From: Folioceros fuciformis
Lineage: Eukaryota
DNA: 51,463 nt
Assembly (NCBI GenBank): GCA_049999805.1
Contig: JBNGIO010006342.1
Coordinates: forward strand, 227,778-279,240
Direction: 5' to 3'
A program made the position numbers and the translations under genes. The notes below the pieces were generated by a model. That model searched no databases and was not told the DNA's origin. It saw only the letters and a list, made by a program, of their open reading frames with translations. Positions within the stretch are counted from its first letter, which is position 1; the number at the start of each line of letters is the position of its first letter. Below, one piece after another: positions 37,601 through 48,313 of this stretch.

Positions 37601-39106
37601 TTGTGTTTGAACGAAAAAAAGACCTCAGCAGAATGACCAGGAAAACCAAAATCAAATGCTTCATTCACTTCCTTGACCATTCGTATGGTTAGTTCTTTTA
37701 TTAATCTAAGACTGAGACTTTGATCAAACCGTTCCGCCAACAAGTGCCCTTCTCTAGGAAGAGAAGAATTATTTTCATGATGAAAACTGCAGCAAGGCCA
37801 AAACATGGTCAGAAGAAAACACAGCGAGCAAAGCTCCAGCTCGGCACGTGAGATGTGTAGACAACACGTTCCGGCTGTAGTCCCAGGAATTTGACACTCA
37901 AAACATCCCAGTCTAAAAGAAACCTCGTATCCTACCTGCGAGTGTCTTCTGGATCAAATTTCTCCATGGCGTGCACGCAATAATGCATCCAAATGTCCAC
38001 CGAATACGTGACTGCTGAGACAGCCCTTTCATACACTTCGATGATCTTTTCAGGAGTTCCAAGTTGAGCCTCATGGTCAGCATACTTCTTCCAGTATCCA
38101 TAGCACAAGGGAAACTCGGCCAGAAATGCGTCGTACACCTTCTGAATTTTGGCCAAATTAACCTGACAAGTGGGCACACGAAGGAAAAAACATCAGCACA
38201 ATGTCAACAGTGGCGAATATCTAGAAGTAAGGAAAGGTAAAGCCCTGAAGAAAACCGTCTTGGACATTGAATCCCAAGTGAAACACAGAAAAGAGCGGGG
38301 GCTAAGAGGCACAGCACAGACCTGCACTTATTACAGGTTTCCTTTCTACCACGTGGGCAACTGCTACATCCATAGGCACAGACTCACTAGAATACAGTTG
38401 GTACAAACAAATGCCAACCTTAGTACTGGATGAACATCCTACAACTTCATGCACAGAGCCAAACCCCAGCAATGGACCTATGCTTACACAGCTGAGCTGC
38501 AACGAACAAAAAGCACCAAAATAGGCAGTAAAACAGCTCACCAGCTTCTCTGTTTCCTGAATCAGGGCTATCCAAGCATTGAAGTCTGCGGAATTCGCCT
38601 TCACCACACTCCAAAGGCGGTCTTCCTCAGATGAAGGGGCTGCAGTGCACACCGGCCGGTTAGTGACAGCGGATGGCGGTCCATTTGACTCACAACAACC
38701 TATTTCACGAGAAGTACCAACCGACAGCCAGAAAAAGGTGGCACTTTCCAATACAAAACACGAACTAGTTTACAACCTGTTCCTTCCCAATGACGCCCGG
38801 AGGCGAAACTAGCCCGGACTACGGCCGCCGAAAGAAGGAAAAAAAACAACTTACAGAATCAGAGAAACAGGAACACACTCAGGAGAATCCCGTCTTACAT
38901 TCTGGCATGACAAGGTGAGTACCAGGTGGTTCTTCGGAGAGCGGCTGCTGTCCGTCGGCCCCAACTTCGTGGCCCTCAGTGAGGGTTCCATTTCCATTCC
39001 CCGGGTGCTCGCCTAACAACTCCTCTTTATGCTCCGTAGCACCCGCTTCCTCCATAGTTTGATCTAAAACAGGGGCGTGCAATACACCGTATTCTTGATC
39101 GCCCAT
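34628..39106 (-). CDS. PRP39: Pre-mRNA-processing factor 39 (U1 snRNP HAT-repeat protein) with a Gln/Pro/Tyr/Gly-rich tail
   Basis: Motifs '[14 protein letters not shown]', '[22 protein letters not shown]', '[13 protein letters not shown]', '[13 protein letters not shown]', '[10 protein letters not shown]', '[15 protein letters not shown]'. The last exon is uncertain because a donor exists at 34675. Confidence 0.94.
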
Positions 39107-40183
39107 CCTTCCAGAAGGAAATAAATAGTCACCGAATTTTACACCAAAATCATAAGCTGAAGGGCCTCTGCAGGACCGGAGCGCACAGAATTATCCCGTG
39201 TAGTTCCAAGTTCCAAACAACTGCGTCACGACTTCAAAAATTCAGCCTGAAGGACCGACACGTCTGACACAATTGCAGCTTCAAAACCGGTATCCACAGA
39301 CGGACATTCCAGCAGCAGTCGGTCAAATAAGCAAACCAAAAACAAAAAAACGGGCAGACCAGCCAGAAGAGTCCCAGGCGACAAGCAGACCAAGACCATA
39401 ACTCATGACGAAGGAGGGGGGCCGCAGGCAAGTCACTTAACGGCCACACAACTGACCAGAACAAGCCTTCTAGCGAGTCAAAACGGGCCACCCCTGAATT
39501 GCTGCCGCAACGCCGCACGAAAACCCGTTCAAAGACGCCAATCCGGAGCAATGGACCCGGGGAGCGTAGCACGCACCTCACACCCCAAACAAGGCAGTCG
39601 CAGGAGGCAGCACAAAGGAGGATGCGAGGGCAAGAGGCGGCGAAGGCGCGCGCGAACAGTAAAAAGGGCTGCACGCAGCAGATTCAAGAAAGGGCAATCG
39701 TTTTGGTGGTGGCTGTTATGACTAAAGAAATAAGTTCTAGGTTAGGGTAGTGGCGGGACCAGGCTGCAGGCTTGGAAACTTTCCTTGTGGCTCCGAGCCT
39801 GGCCCACAGGCTCGGTACACGACGGGGCCACGCCCGCCACCAGTGACATGTGCCTGGGTTGCACGGGGGAGGACGTTGCACCTTTACCACGATCTTGTTG
39901 CGTCTGGCACATGTTTGAAGGAAGACGTTTGGACACCACTGTGGCCAATGCGGTGTCGCATTTTGAAGCTGAAGATGGCTGGATTTATTTTTTTGGCTTT
40001 TCCAAAATTTTGTTATTCCGGGCTACCATACTTGCAGTTGGGACATTTGGCATTTGCTTGGAAGCTGGCAACTTGCTTGCCCATGCATTGTCTGTCTCTT
40101 CTGAGCTACAGGACACCAACATGAATGGCCCGAGAGCCTTTGACCTGTGTTTGAGGGGCGATTCTTCGGAAGAGGAGTGAAGC

Positions 40184-41876
40184 ATGAGGTCCAGGAACTG
40201 CATCCTCTCCAAGTTCAGTCTCTGCTTGTGGGCAGTGTTGGTGATTTGCGTGAGCTCTTGGCAGGCACGGTCTTCCTTTCCCAGTCAGTGATTTTGGGGA
40301 GATGGGATTAGGTTCAGGCTGTAAGTGGGTGGTGGGGTATGGTGCAGGTCTTCCTGCTCTGCCAAGCTGAGCATGATGTTCCCCTTGTTATTAGCACTTG
40401 GCCGTTCCTGGAAGCCGTGCGTGTGGCATGGAAGGTGATCGAGGCAGGAGAGTCGGCTGTGGACGCTGTTGTGGAGGGGTGCTCGACTTGCGAGGACCTT
40501 AGATGTGATGGCTCAGGTGCTGAGATGGTGTGTCCCCGTTCATCGAGACAGTGATTCGGAGGAAAAGGGTGATGGCTCACATGCCTCGGTTTGCATTTGC
40601 ATGCGCAGTCGGATATGGCGGAAGTCCTGATGAGAATGGGGAGACAACGTTGGATGCCATGGTCCTGGATGGGGTAATGGAGAAGATTTCTGATGAGCTT
40701 TGAGTTGAGATGAGATCTGGAGTTGCTATCGTGAGGTTGCTTGATTTGCTGACCGAGTGCCAGATCTTGTGGAAAGGGTGGTTTCAGACTACGATGGATG
40801 CCGGAGCAGTTGCAGCGCTCCGCTATGTGAAGACTGCAGCCAGGGCGGCTAAGCTCGTGCTGGAACATACAGAGCATACTCTTCTGGTTGGTGACCAGGC
40901 GTCCGCTTTCGCCCTGTCCATGGGATTGCAAGGCCCTGACAACCTGAGCACTTCAGAGTCGCTCCTCAAGTGGTCTGCTTGGTCTGCGGCTTCCTGCCAG
41001 CCGAATTTCTGGCGCAATGTGTTCCCTGATAGCCGCAAGTCCTGCGGGCCATACAGCCTGCTCAACCTCGATGTCCAAGCAGGCATGTCACCCAATTGCA
41101 ATGTCGGAGACCGGAGGGAATGCGGAATTGATCGCCAAAATCATGATACCATCTCCATGGCAGCCATCGATGCAGTATGAATCTCAACCACACCGCCCTA
41201 TCACCAGTAAATCAGCTGCGTCCAGGACTGTGATGTCACCTGCTGCTGCTGCTGTGACAGTATGGAAAGATCGCGGTTGCAACATCGACCAACGGCGCCA
41301 CGTTCAAGATACCTGGGAGGTGGGACCAGTTGGAACTGAGAAAACATTGGTACAGAAGCCTTTGATCCTGAGCAGCCATCTCCCATCATCAGCATGAGTG
41401 ACACTGGCTCGTGTTTTGCAGGGTTGGCGATGGTCCCATAGTAGGAGCAGGGGCCTACGCTGATAGCGACGTGGGTGCATGTGGTGCTACTGGAGACGGG
41501 GACATAATGATGCGGTTCCTGGCCTGGTAAGCCTCGCTGCCTTTGCAAGCATGAATCTGGACATTTGAGCCCCGACGTCAGAGAGGAGCAAAGACTCACG
41601 ACTTTTCCCATCCGTTGCAGTTACCAAGTTGTGGAAAGCATGAGGCAGGGCATGAGTCCCAAGGCTGCCGCCAAAGACGCCATTGCCAGAATCAAAACCA
41701 AGGTCCCTGCTTTCACTGGTGCTGTGTTTGCCGTTAACCGCACAGGAAGCCATGCGGGTGCTTGCAATAATTGGACATTCCAGTATGCCGTCCGAAGCCG
41801 GAACATGTATGACGTCCAGGTCTTCACTGTGACACCAGAGGACCCAATCTTGGTGCTAGATGTAGACAGACTGTGA
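40184..41876 (+). CDS. AGA: N4-(beta-N-acetylglucosaminyl)-L-asparaginase (glycosylasparaginase), secretory
   Basis: Signal peptide, then 'PLVISTWPF', '[12 protein letters not shown]', '[16 protein letters not shown]', 'CQPNFW', the autocleavage site 'HDTISM', 'TSTNG', 'GRVGDGP' and '[11 protein letters not shown]'. Confidence 0.94.
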
Positions 41877-42497
41877 AAATAGTCTTATATGTTTTGATCG
41901 GAAAGTGGCGTTGTTTGATGGAGATGCTAAAGCGATAGATAATATGTACATAAATTTGCCAGATGAGAAGAAGCACCCTGCTTGCAATCGGAAAGGTTCC
42001 CGCCGTGCTGTCAGCTGGCCGTTCGTAGTGCTAATATGATGTGTCTTCCACCCTGGGGCTCGGGGGGCCCAGCTACTGGGGGCCGGAATGTCGGCAGCTG
42101 GCTCTCCCTGCGATACGCAACACAGATTCTCCAGGCCTTGCAGCTGGCGCCGTACAATCCTAGTGCCCGTGAAATCGAGATCGTGAATTCTGAAGCTTGA
42201 AAGCGGGTCGTAAAGTGGGAAGTGGTTGATTCAGAAGGATGTGGGATCGTTGCATGGCAAGTGGGCAGTTGGAGGAAACTTCGATCAGCCAGATCTGGAA
42301 AGTTGGAAAGTCGGGTGATTGGTGTAATTGGAAGAATTCAGAGGGGCTCTAAGCTGGTGGGCTTGGATCCCGGGGCGAATGTGAGCGGAGGGCTGATTTA
42401 GGCGCAACAGGGCGAAGGATGGTCTGAGAGAGCGGGGTGTGTGTAATCTCCAGCGTACGATGCTTCTACCACCGGGGAGTTTGCCCGGGGAAGAATC

Positions 42498-45400
42498 ATG
42501 GAGCGGGAGTCGCTGAAGGCCATTTTCTCGGAGGCAGCAGCATCGGAGTGGACCCTGCAGTCTGATATTCAGGTGCTATGATGGGCGGTAGCGGAAGTTG
42601 CTAGGGTTGTTGGGATCTATGGGTCTGGTTCGCATTGTTTGATTGTTTCGGAAATGTGGGGGTCTCGATGCTGACGGGGGCCGTTGCACTTGTGGGTTGC
42701 AGCTGCTGGAGTGGCTCCAAGGCTTCTCTCAAGGGTTAGAACGGAAGACCGACACTGTTTCTGCTCGACTCCACGAGCTGGTGGAGGAAACTACGTCTGT
42801 AGAGCAGGATCTGCACAACACGCTTAATTTCCTGCGAGGACTTTCCAACTCCCAATTCATTGAGAACGTGAGTACCAGAGAGTCCTAGCTCGGGGATTCC
42901 GGGGCATGGAAAGCAGTGGTTTCTGACTGTGGAGGCTTTTTTGCAGCGTGTGTACGAGGAGGATGAGACCTCAGAACAAGTGCCGGCACCAGCAGCCCGG
43001 AAAGAAGCCGAAACAGTAGCAGACGGCTATGAAGATGGCATCGTGCCTCGTTACAAGGAAGCAGTCTTGACTGCTTGGGGGGTTTTCAAGGATCGGAAGC
43101 TGGACAGCAAGCATTCATTTTCGACGGAATTTGACACAGTCATTGCTGGAAAGGTCGTTTTTGTATGTTAATGTCATTGTACCGGTTGTCGCATCCGAAG
43201 TGTTTATGCTTACTGCATGCTCAAGCACAAAGCCTATTCTTCCGAACGCCTGAAATCTGTGTTTTACGATGCTGTTCAGACGCAGCGTCCTCTTCCTTTT
43301 ATCATTGGAACAGACGAGTTCTTGAAGGATGTGAACTGTGGCCTAGCAGGTGTTTTTCATCCGAACTAGCATGTTTTAGTGGTGGAGCTTGCAATGCAGT
43401 TGTTTCCTTGGTTAGTTGCAGAACAGCCGTGCAAACCCCTAGTTGCAGTGTCGAGGTTCTAACTGTGCATTCTGAATCCAGAACTGCTGAAGCATAATCC
43501 CTTTGAACCCATTTCCGCCGCGGAAAGTGACACGGAGATCGATGAATCAGATTTAGCCGGAGGCATCCCTGCAGACATGCCCGATGGAGAGTGGTCAGAT
43601 TTCTCCGAGGTGCAGGTATGCTGTCGGTGTAATCTGAAATTCGACAACGACACATGAGTGTTAACAAGTCATGTTGCTATAGAAAACAGTGGATGTGAAT
43701 GCAGACAGAAGGGTTGGAACCAGCTGTATCAGCTGCCCTTGACTTCAAGGCTATGCTTGAGGCTGCTCTCCGCGGTCCTTCTCTGTTCTGTAAGTTCTGT
43801 CTTCGGCAGAGATAATGTGGTCCTGCATGGTGAGATGGGCAGCACTCTTCATGCATTCCTGGTGGTGTGTTGTACCATATATGCCCTTCTGCTCGCAGAT
43901 GGAGACGGATCTGTCCCAGAAGCTGGTGGGTCTCACAATTTTGTTGGCGAGGTCGGCAATGTGTCCTCAGATTCTTCCAAGATATCTCAGGATTCTGATA
44001 GGTGTGTGTTTTATCTGCTTTGCCTGGGTTTGTCTGCATGTACCTTGAGAATTCGCAGGTCCATTGGTCGTTTCCAACGTTCTGTGAGAGTTTATTTGCT
44101 TGCAAGTACCACTTTCTTGGAAGGTAGTTGTTCAAGTTTTGTCAGTCGTTCGGTACCTTTCCGTGGGTGCCTGTTGTAAAGGCGTCTTGAAACTGTCTTG
44201 AATGAAGATTGTTGGCAGGAACATGTTTGAGAACAGGGAGCACAAGATTGAGGAAGATGACCAAGCAGATGCTGCAACTAGGGAAGAGGATACGCACACC
44301 TCTCTAGTAGACTTCCGACCATTGCAAGAAGAAGGAGCACAGTCTTGGGACCAACATCAAGTGCATGAGGTTAAGCGCCATGTAGACCATGTGTGTTTTC
44401 TTGTGCTCTTGTTTCTCAAGTCTCATTGTCGACCCTCCTCGTGAAGCTACAGATCTTCCTGTAGCAGGAAGATATTGTATATAGCTGCAGTATCGTTGAA
44501 TGAATCTCGATCGTCAATCTGCTTTAGATTCTCGTTGTTTAGTGGCTAGGGGCCTTGGGACTGTGCCGCCTAACAGAGGAGCCTGTACGATACTACGATG
44601 TTTGGTGACTGGGTAATTGCTTCCGGGGATTGGACTCTGAAACATAGCACCTTTTCTTGCAGACACCACAAGATGCTGAAGGTGCGAGGAGTGATTCAGA
44701 ATTTGAGTTCTCTGCTAGTGGCATGACAGAGAACGCCACTTGGGACGACGAAAAAGAGCCTATTCCAATTCCTCATTCTGGTAGGAACGCGGAGGCTCAA
44801 TCCAATGATCCATCTAAGGTAGCGGATCCTCCTCCAAGATCCTTGCCAGGAGTTTCTCCAGGTTCTTTACTCGATTCTTCAGAGTCAGTGGAGCAGACAG
44901 AAGTGCGTGGGAGTAGCACAGGACCTACAGTACCAGACGAGCTCTTCGGGCATGGCCACCAGTCACAGAAACCTGGAAGCTTGTCTGGCAAATTCTCATA
45001 CACAAAGGGATCGCTACATGACTCCTTACCAAGGAGAGAGGTCTCAGCCCAGGTGCCACCGATTGCCTTGACAAACGACAACCCACCCCCTGCCATCTCT
45101 TACATTGCTGGGAGATTCAAAAAGACAGCATCTGTGTTGCCTAAGCCCGCCGTGAAGCACGAGCTTCGCGTGGGCCTGTTTGATGAAGACGAAGATGAAG
45201 ATGAAGACGACAGCTATATCTCTCAGCTCATCAAACAGAGGTCCACCATCACCAAGGGGAACAAGAGTTTTAGGTCTTGGAGCACAATTGGTGCAGGCAG
45301 GGGACTGTTTGATGAAAATGATGAGACAACGACTGCTCAAAAGGACCAGGATGAACCAAGTGTATCCGAAGGACTGGGTTCAGCGGGTGATTTGGGGGAC

Positions 45401-46656
45401 ACTAGGGTATTGGCAACACAAGGACCAGTGGTATTGGAGCGTGATGAACTGCCTTCCGTGCAAGTCAATTCAGCAGATCTTCTGACTGTCAAGGAAAAGG
45501 AGCAGGGTGTTGATTCTGAGGACGAATCACTCTCATGGTCAAGCAGGGAAAAGGAGAAGCAGAGTCTACATCAACATACACCCTCACCTGATCAGCTGGA
45601 AGTTAGGGAAACTGCTTCCCCAAATGCGTCGAGGTAAGTCTGTGCATTGTGAGTTGGTGTCCAGGATTGCAGGTATATTGTCGCATATCAGGTGACGCAC
45701 ATTTTCTTTTGCAGGGCAAAGGAGGCTAATGCTCATAGGCCAGGCCATCTTGAAACATCACCTCGAAGGGAATTGGACAGGAATGATTGCAGCAAGGAAG
45801 CGGATTTCAAAACCCAAGGTCTGTACTTGCAATCAAATGGATCTCGTAGTGTTTCCGATTCCTTTTCCCAGAGTGTTTGTAACGCTACATCGATGTCTAT
45901 TCAGGTACAACACTCCATGCAAGAGCGGCATCTGTGAGCCCATCTCTATCTTCAGATGACAGTACGACTTTGAGACATGTCACATCAAGCGACCAGCGAG
46001 CAGCTCAGGGGATGCTATCTCAGGAGGTCAACGAACTTGGACCCCCGTCATCAAGAGGCTCAGTTCAGAGCTTGAACGGACTCGCAAAGGGACCTGCCAG
46101 CAAAGCGCCCCTACACTTTGGAGATGATGAGGACGAGGATGAGGACGTGGATGAGGATGACTTGCTGGTAGGGAAGGCTGACAGCAGCGCAGGACCAGCA
46201 AACAGGGCTCCGCACCTGGATTTCAGGAGGACGATGTCCTTTTCCCAACCTCTCCTCAGGTCTCTCCCTGTGAGCCATGTGGATGAGGAGATGGACAGGT
46301 CTGCGGGGCTGCCAGCAACAACAACCTCAGAGGAGGGGCCAAGGCAACGAGCACTGATGCCTGTAGGATCATCGCAGATAGGCTCCGCTTACCTATCGTC
46401 CCTTCTCTTCGGCGATGATGATGATGAAGACAACGAAGATGAGCTGTTCGGGAAGTTCCAGAAAGGTCCTGCGAGGACGCGCGCTTCATTATTTGGAAGC
46501 CAGATTCAAACCCCCGTTGTGGACAGGGCCAGTAGTGCAGATAGTGGAAGAGGTGATGTGGAAGCCGACGGCATCCCACTCTTAAGACCGTCCCCATCGC
46601 CGCATGACAACAAGGCAAGGCCAGGGCAGCCACAGAGCTCCTTGTTCGATGACTAG
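42498..46656 (+). CDS. WASHC2: WASH complex subunit 2 (FAM21) with LFa-type motifs
   Basis: N-terminal 'WTLQSDIQ|LLEWLQGFSQ...LHNTLN..RGLSNSQFIEN|RVYEED' and 'RPLPFIIGT'. The acidic tail carries 'GLFDEDEDE', 'GLFDENDE', 'LLFGDDDDE', 'ELFG', 'SLFG' and a terminal 'SSLFDD*'. Confidence 0.88.
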
Positions 46657-47382
46657 AGGGTTGAGCTGTGAGGCCCATGCCATCTGTACTTCTACATTGG
46701 TTTCTCTATTATGTCTGCAGACCTGTCTATTGTACTGGCTCGCTCTTCTCACCCGGCAAACTCTGCAAGCTCATAGCTGCACTGTCCTCATCGACCTTTA
46801 ATCCACTATGCTACCGCCACACTTGTCCCAATCTCAAGGTCTAAGGTGTTGTGCCGCCCCACCTTGCAGGAATGCAGACACAGTCACCATTGTAGTCTCA
46901 GACGATCCTATATGGTTTGCTCTCATGAATCCTTTTGAGACATTCAACAACCCTTAGTTGCGACTTCGTGCCAGCTCCTTAGCCTCTCCATCACACACAA
47001 GGCGCTCCATGTCTTCCCCATGTCGTTTACCTTCTCCAATGCCGCATCCTCTCCATCTACAGCCTCCTTGAGTTCCACTTATCGTGGAAGCACCTTTGGT
47101 GCTAACTCCTCCCTAGCATGAGCATCTAGAACCACCCTCCCTCCCCTGCTCTACCCTCTACAGCTTTCGAAATTGGCTGTCCTCCAAGGAATAGGAGCAA
47201 GAGCGGCATGCTCCTCCCGTTTTGTTCTTCACTTTAGCAGTGAAGAACAAAAAACCGCCAAGGGACATCCATCACTTGTTTATGTTCTATACCAAATTCT
47301 ACAAATAATCCGTGATTGATTTGAGTTACATTTAATCCAATTCACATATTATTACAAACAATATCACTGCGCATCTCATTAT

Positions 47383-47465
47383 CCGACTTTAGCTCAATGG
47401 TTAGAGTGGAGGCTTACGAGTCCTAAGACATAGCTAATCGCTGGATCAAACCCCCGGAAATCAGA
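47383..47465 (+). pseudogene. Degenerate tRNA-like sequence (tRNA-Tyr-like acceptor and D-arm); pseudo-tRNA or SINE head
   Basis: CCGACTT-TA-GCTC-AATGGTTA-GAGT-G-GAGG... resembles the plant tRNA-Tyr 5' half (CCGACCTTAGCTCAGTTGGTAGAGCGGAGG). A-box TAGCTCAATGG, degenerate B-box GGATCAAACCC, 3' acceptor strand AAATCAG-A. The anticodon cannot be read. Confidence 0.65.
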
Positions 47466-47475
47466 TTCACCATAA

Positions 47476-48304
47476 TGTTGTGCAGCATTTTAGTTGTGTA
47501 GGGTTAAGTGGGGGTTTGGCTCTCAGTCATTGCTACCGCCGAGAGGACTCTCATTCATTGCTACCACCGAGAGGACTTGCTTGGTGGAGATAGGACCCCG
47601 CTGTCTTTCTTTGTGATTGTATGTACATGTGTTTGGGACTGGCCAAGAATTTGTGATCGTATGTACAGGTGTTTGGGTTTGGCCAAGAAATAGGCGTCCT
47701 GCCCAACAACTAGGGTTGTTGCGCCATTAGAAGTTTGTTAGAATTAGTTATTCCTAAATAAAATGCTTAATGTTTGTTTCGGAGCTAGACTCTCAGTCAT
47801 TGCTACCACCGAGAGGACTCTCAGTCATTGCTACCACCGAGAGGACTCTCAGTCATTGCTACCACCGAGAAGACTTGCTACCACCGAGAGGACTCTCAGT
47901 CATTGCTACCACCGAGAAGACTTGCTTGGTGGAGATAGGACCCCGCTGTCTTTCTTTGTGATTGTATGTACATGTGTTTGGGGCTGGCCAAGAAATAGGC
48001 GTCCCTGCCCAACAACTAGGGTTGTTGGGCCATTAGAAGTTTGTTAGAATTAGTTATTCCTAAATAAAATGCTTAATGTTTGTTTCGGAGCTAGTTTATC
48101 TAGGGTTAATTATTGATTCGATTTAAAGGTTACACAAAGTCACGTTAGTCTAAACTTGTCTTCAACCTGGTTATATGTCCCATTTAGGAGAGTCTCGTTA
48201 GGCACCTTCTGGGTTGGTTCCTACTGCCCCGTCCGGCTATGGCTGGAGGCGGCTTCGTTCCCGTTAGCTACACACGCAGATTGGCCATGGCGGTGCTTGT
48301 GTCA
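47476..48304 (-). repeat. Probable 3' LTR of the gypsy element, with internal duplications
   Basis: On the minus strand it begins TGACAC at 48304, directly after the PPT, and ends ...CAACA at 47476 (this end is inferred from TG..CA only). It contains a ~270-300 bp block twice (47520-47788, 47789-48094) and 28-bp repeats actctcagtcattgctaccaccgagagg. Confidence 0.65.
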
Positions 48305-48313
48305 TTCTCCCCG
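48305..48313 (-). other. Polypurine tract of the gypsy element
   Basis: The minus strand reads CTTAAGTCGGGGAGAA|TGACAC, shortly downstream of the chromodomain stop. Confidence 0.7.

Noticed and set aside
37620-37790. Box C/D snoRNA in the long PRP39 intron
   Set aside because: The only clean ATGATGA is on the strand opposite the host gene; there is no convincing C box or terminal stem on the minus strand.
40261-40270. Possible GC-AG donor (CAG|GCACGG) in AGA intron 1
   Set aside because: A canonical in-phase GTGAGC donor at about 40250 gives a good signal peptide, so a non-canonical site is not needed.
47383-47465. Functional tRNA gene
   Set aside because: The acceptor and T stems are mismatched, the anticodon loop is unreadable, and no T-run terminator follows.
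47789-47920. 28-bp direct repeats resembling a CRISPR array
   Set aside because: The units are head-to-tail without unique spacers, lie inside an LTR, and no cas genes are present in this eukaryotic DNA.
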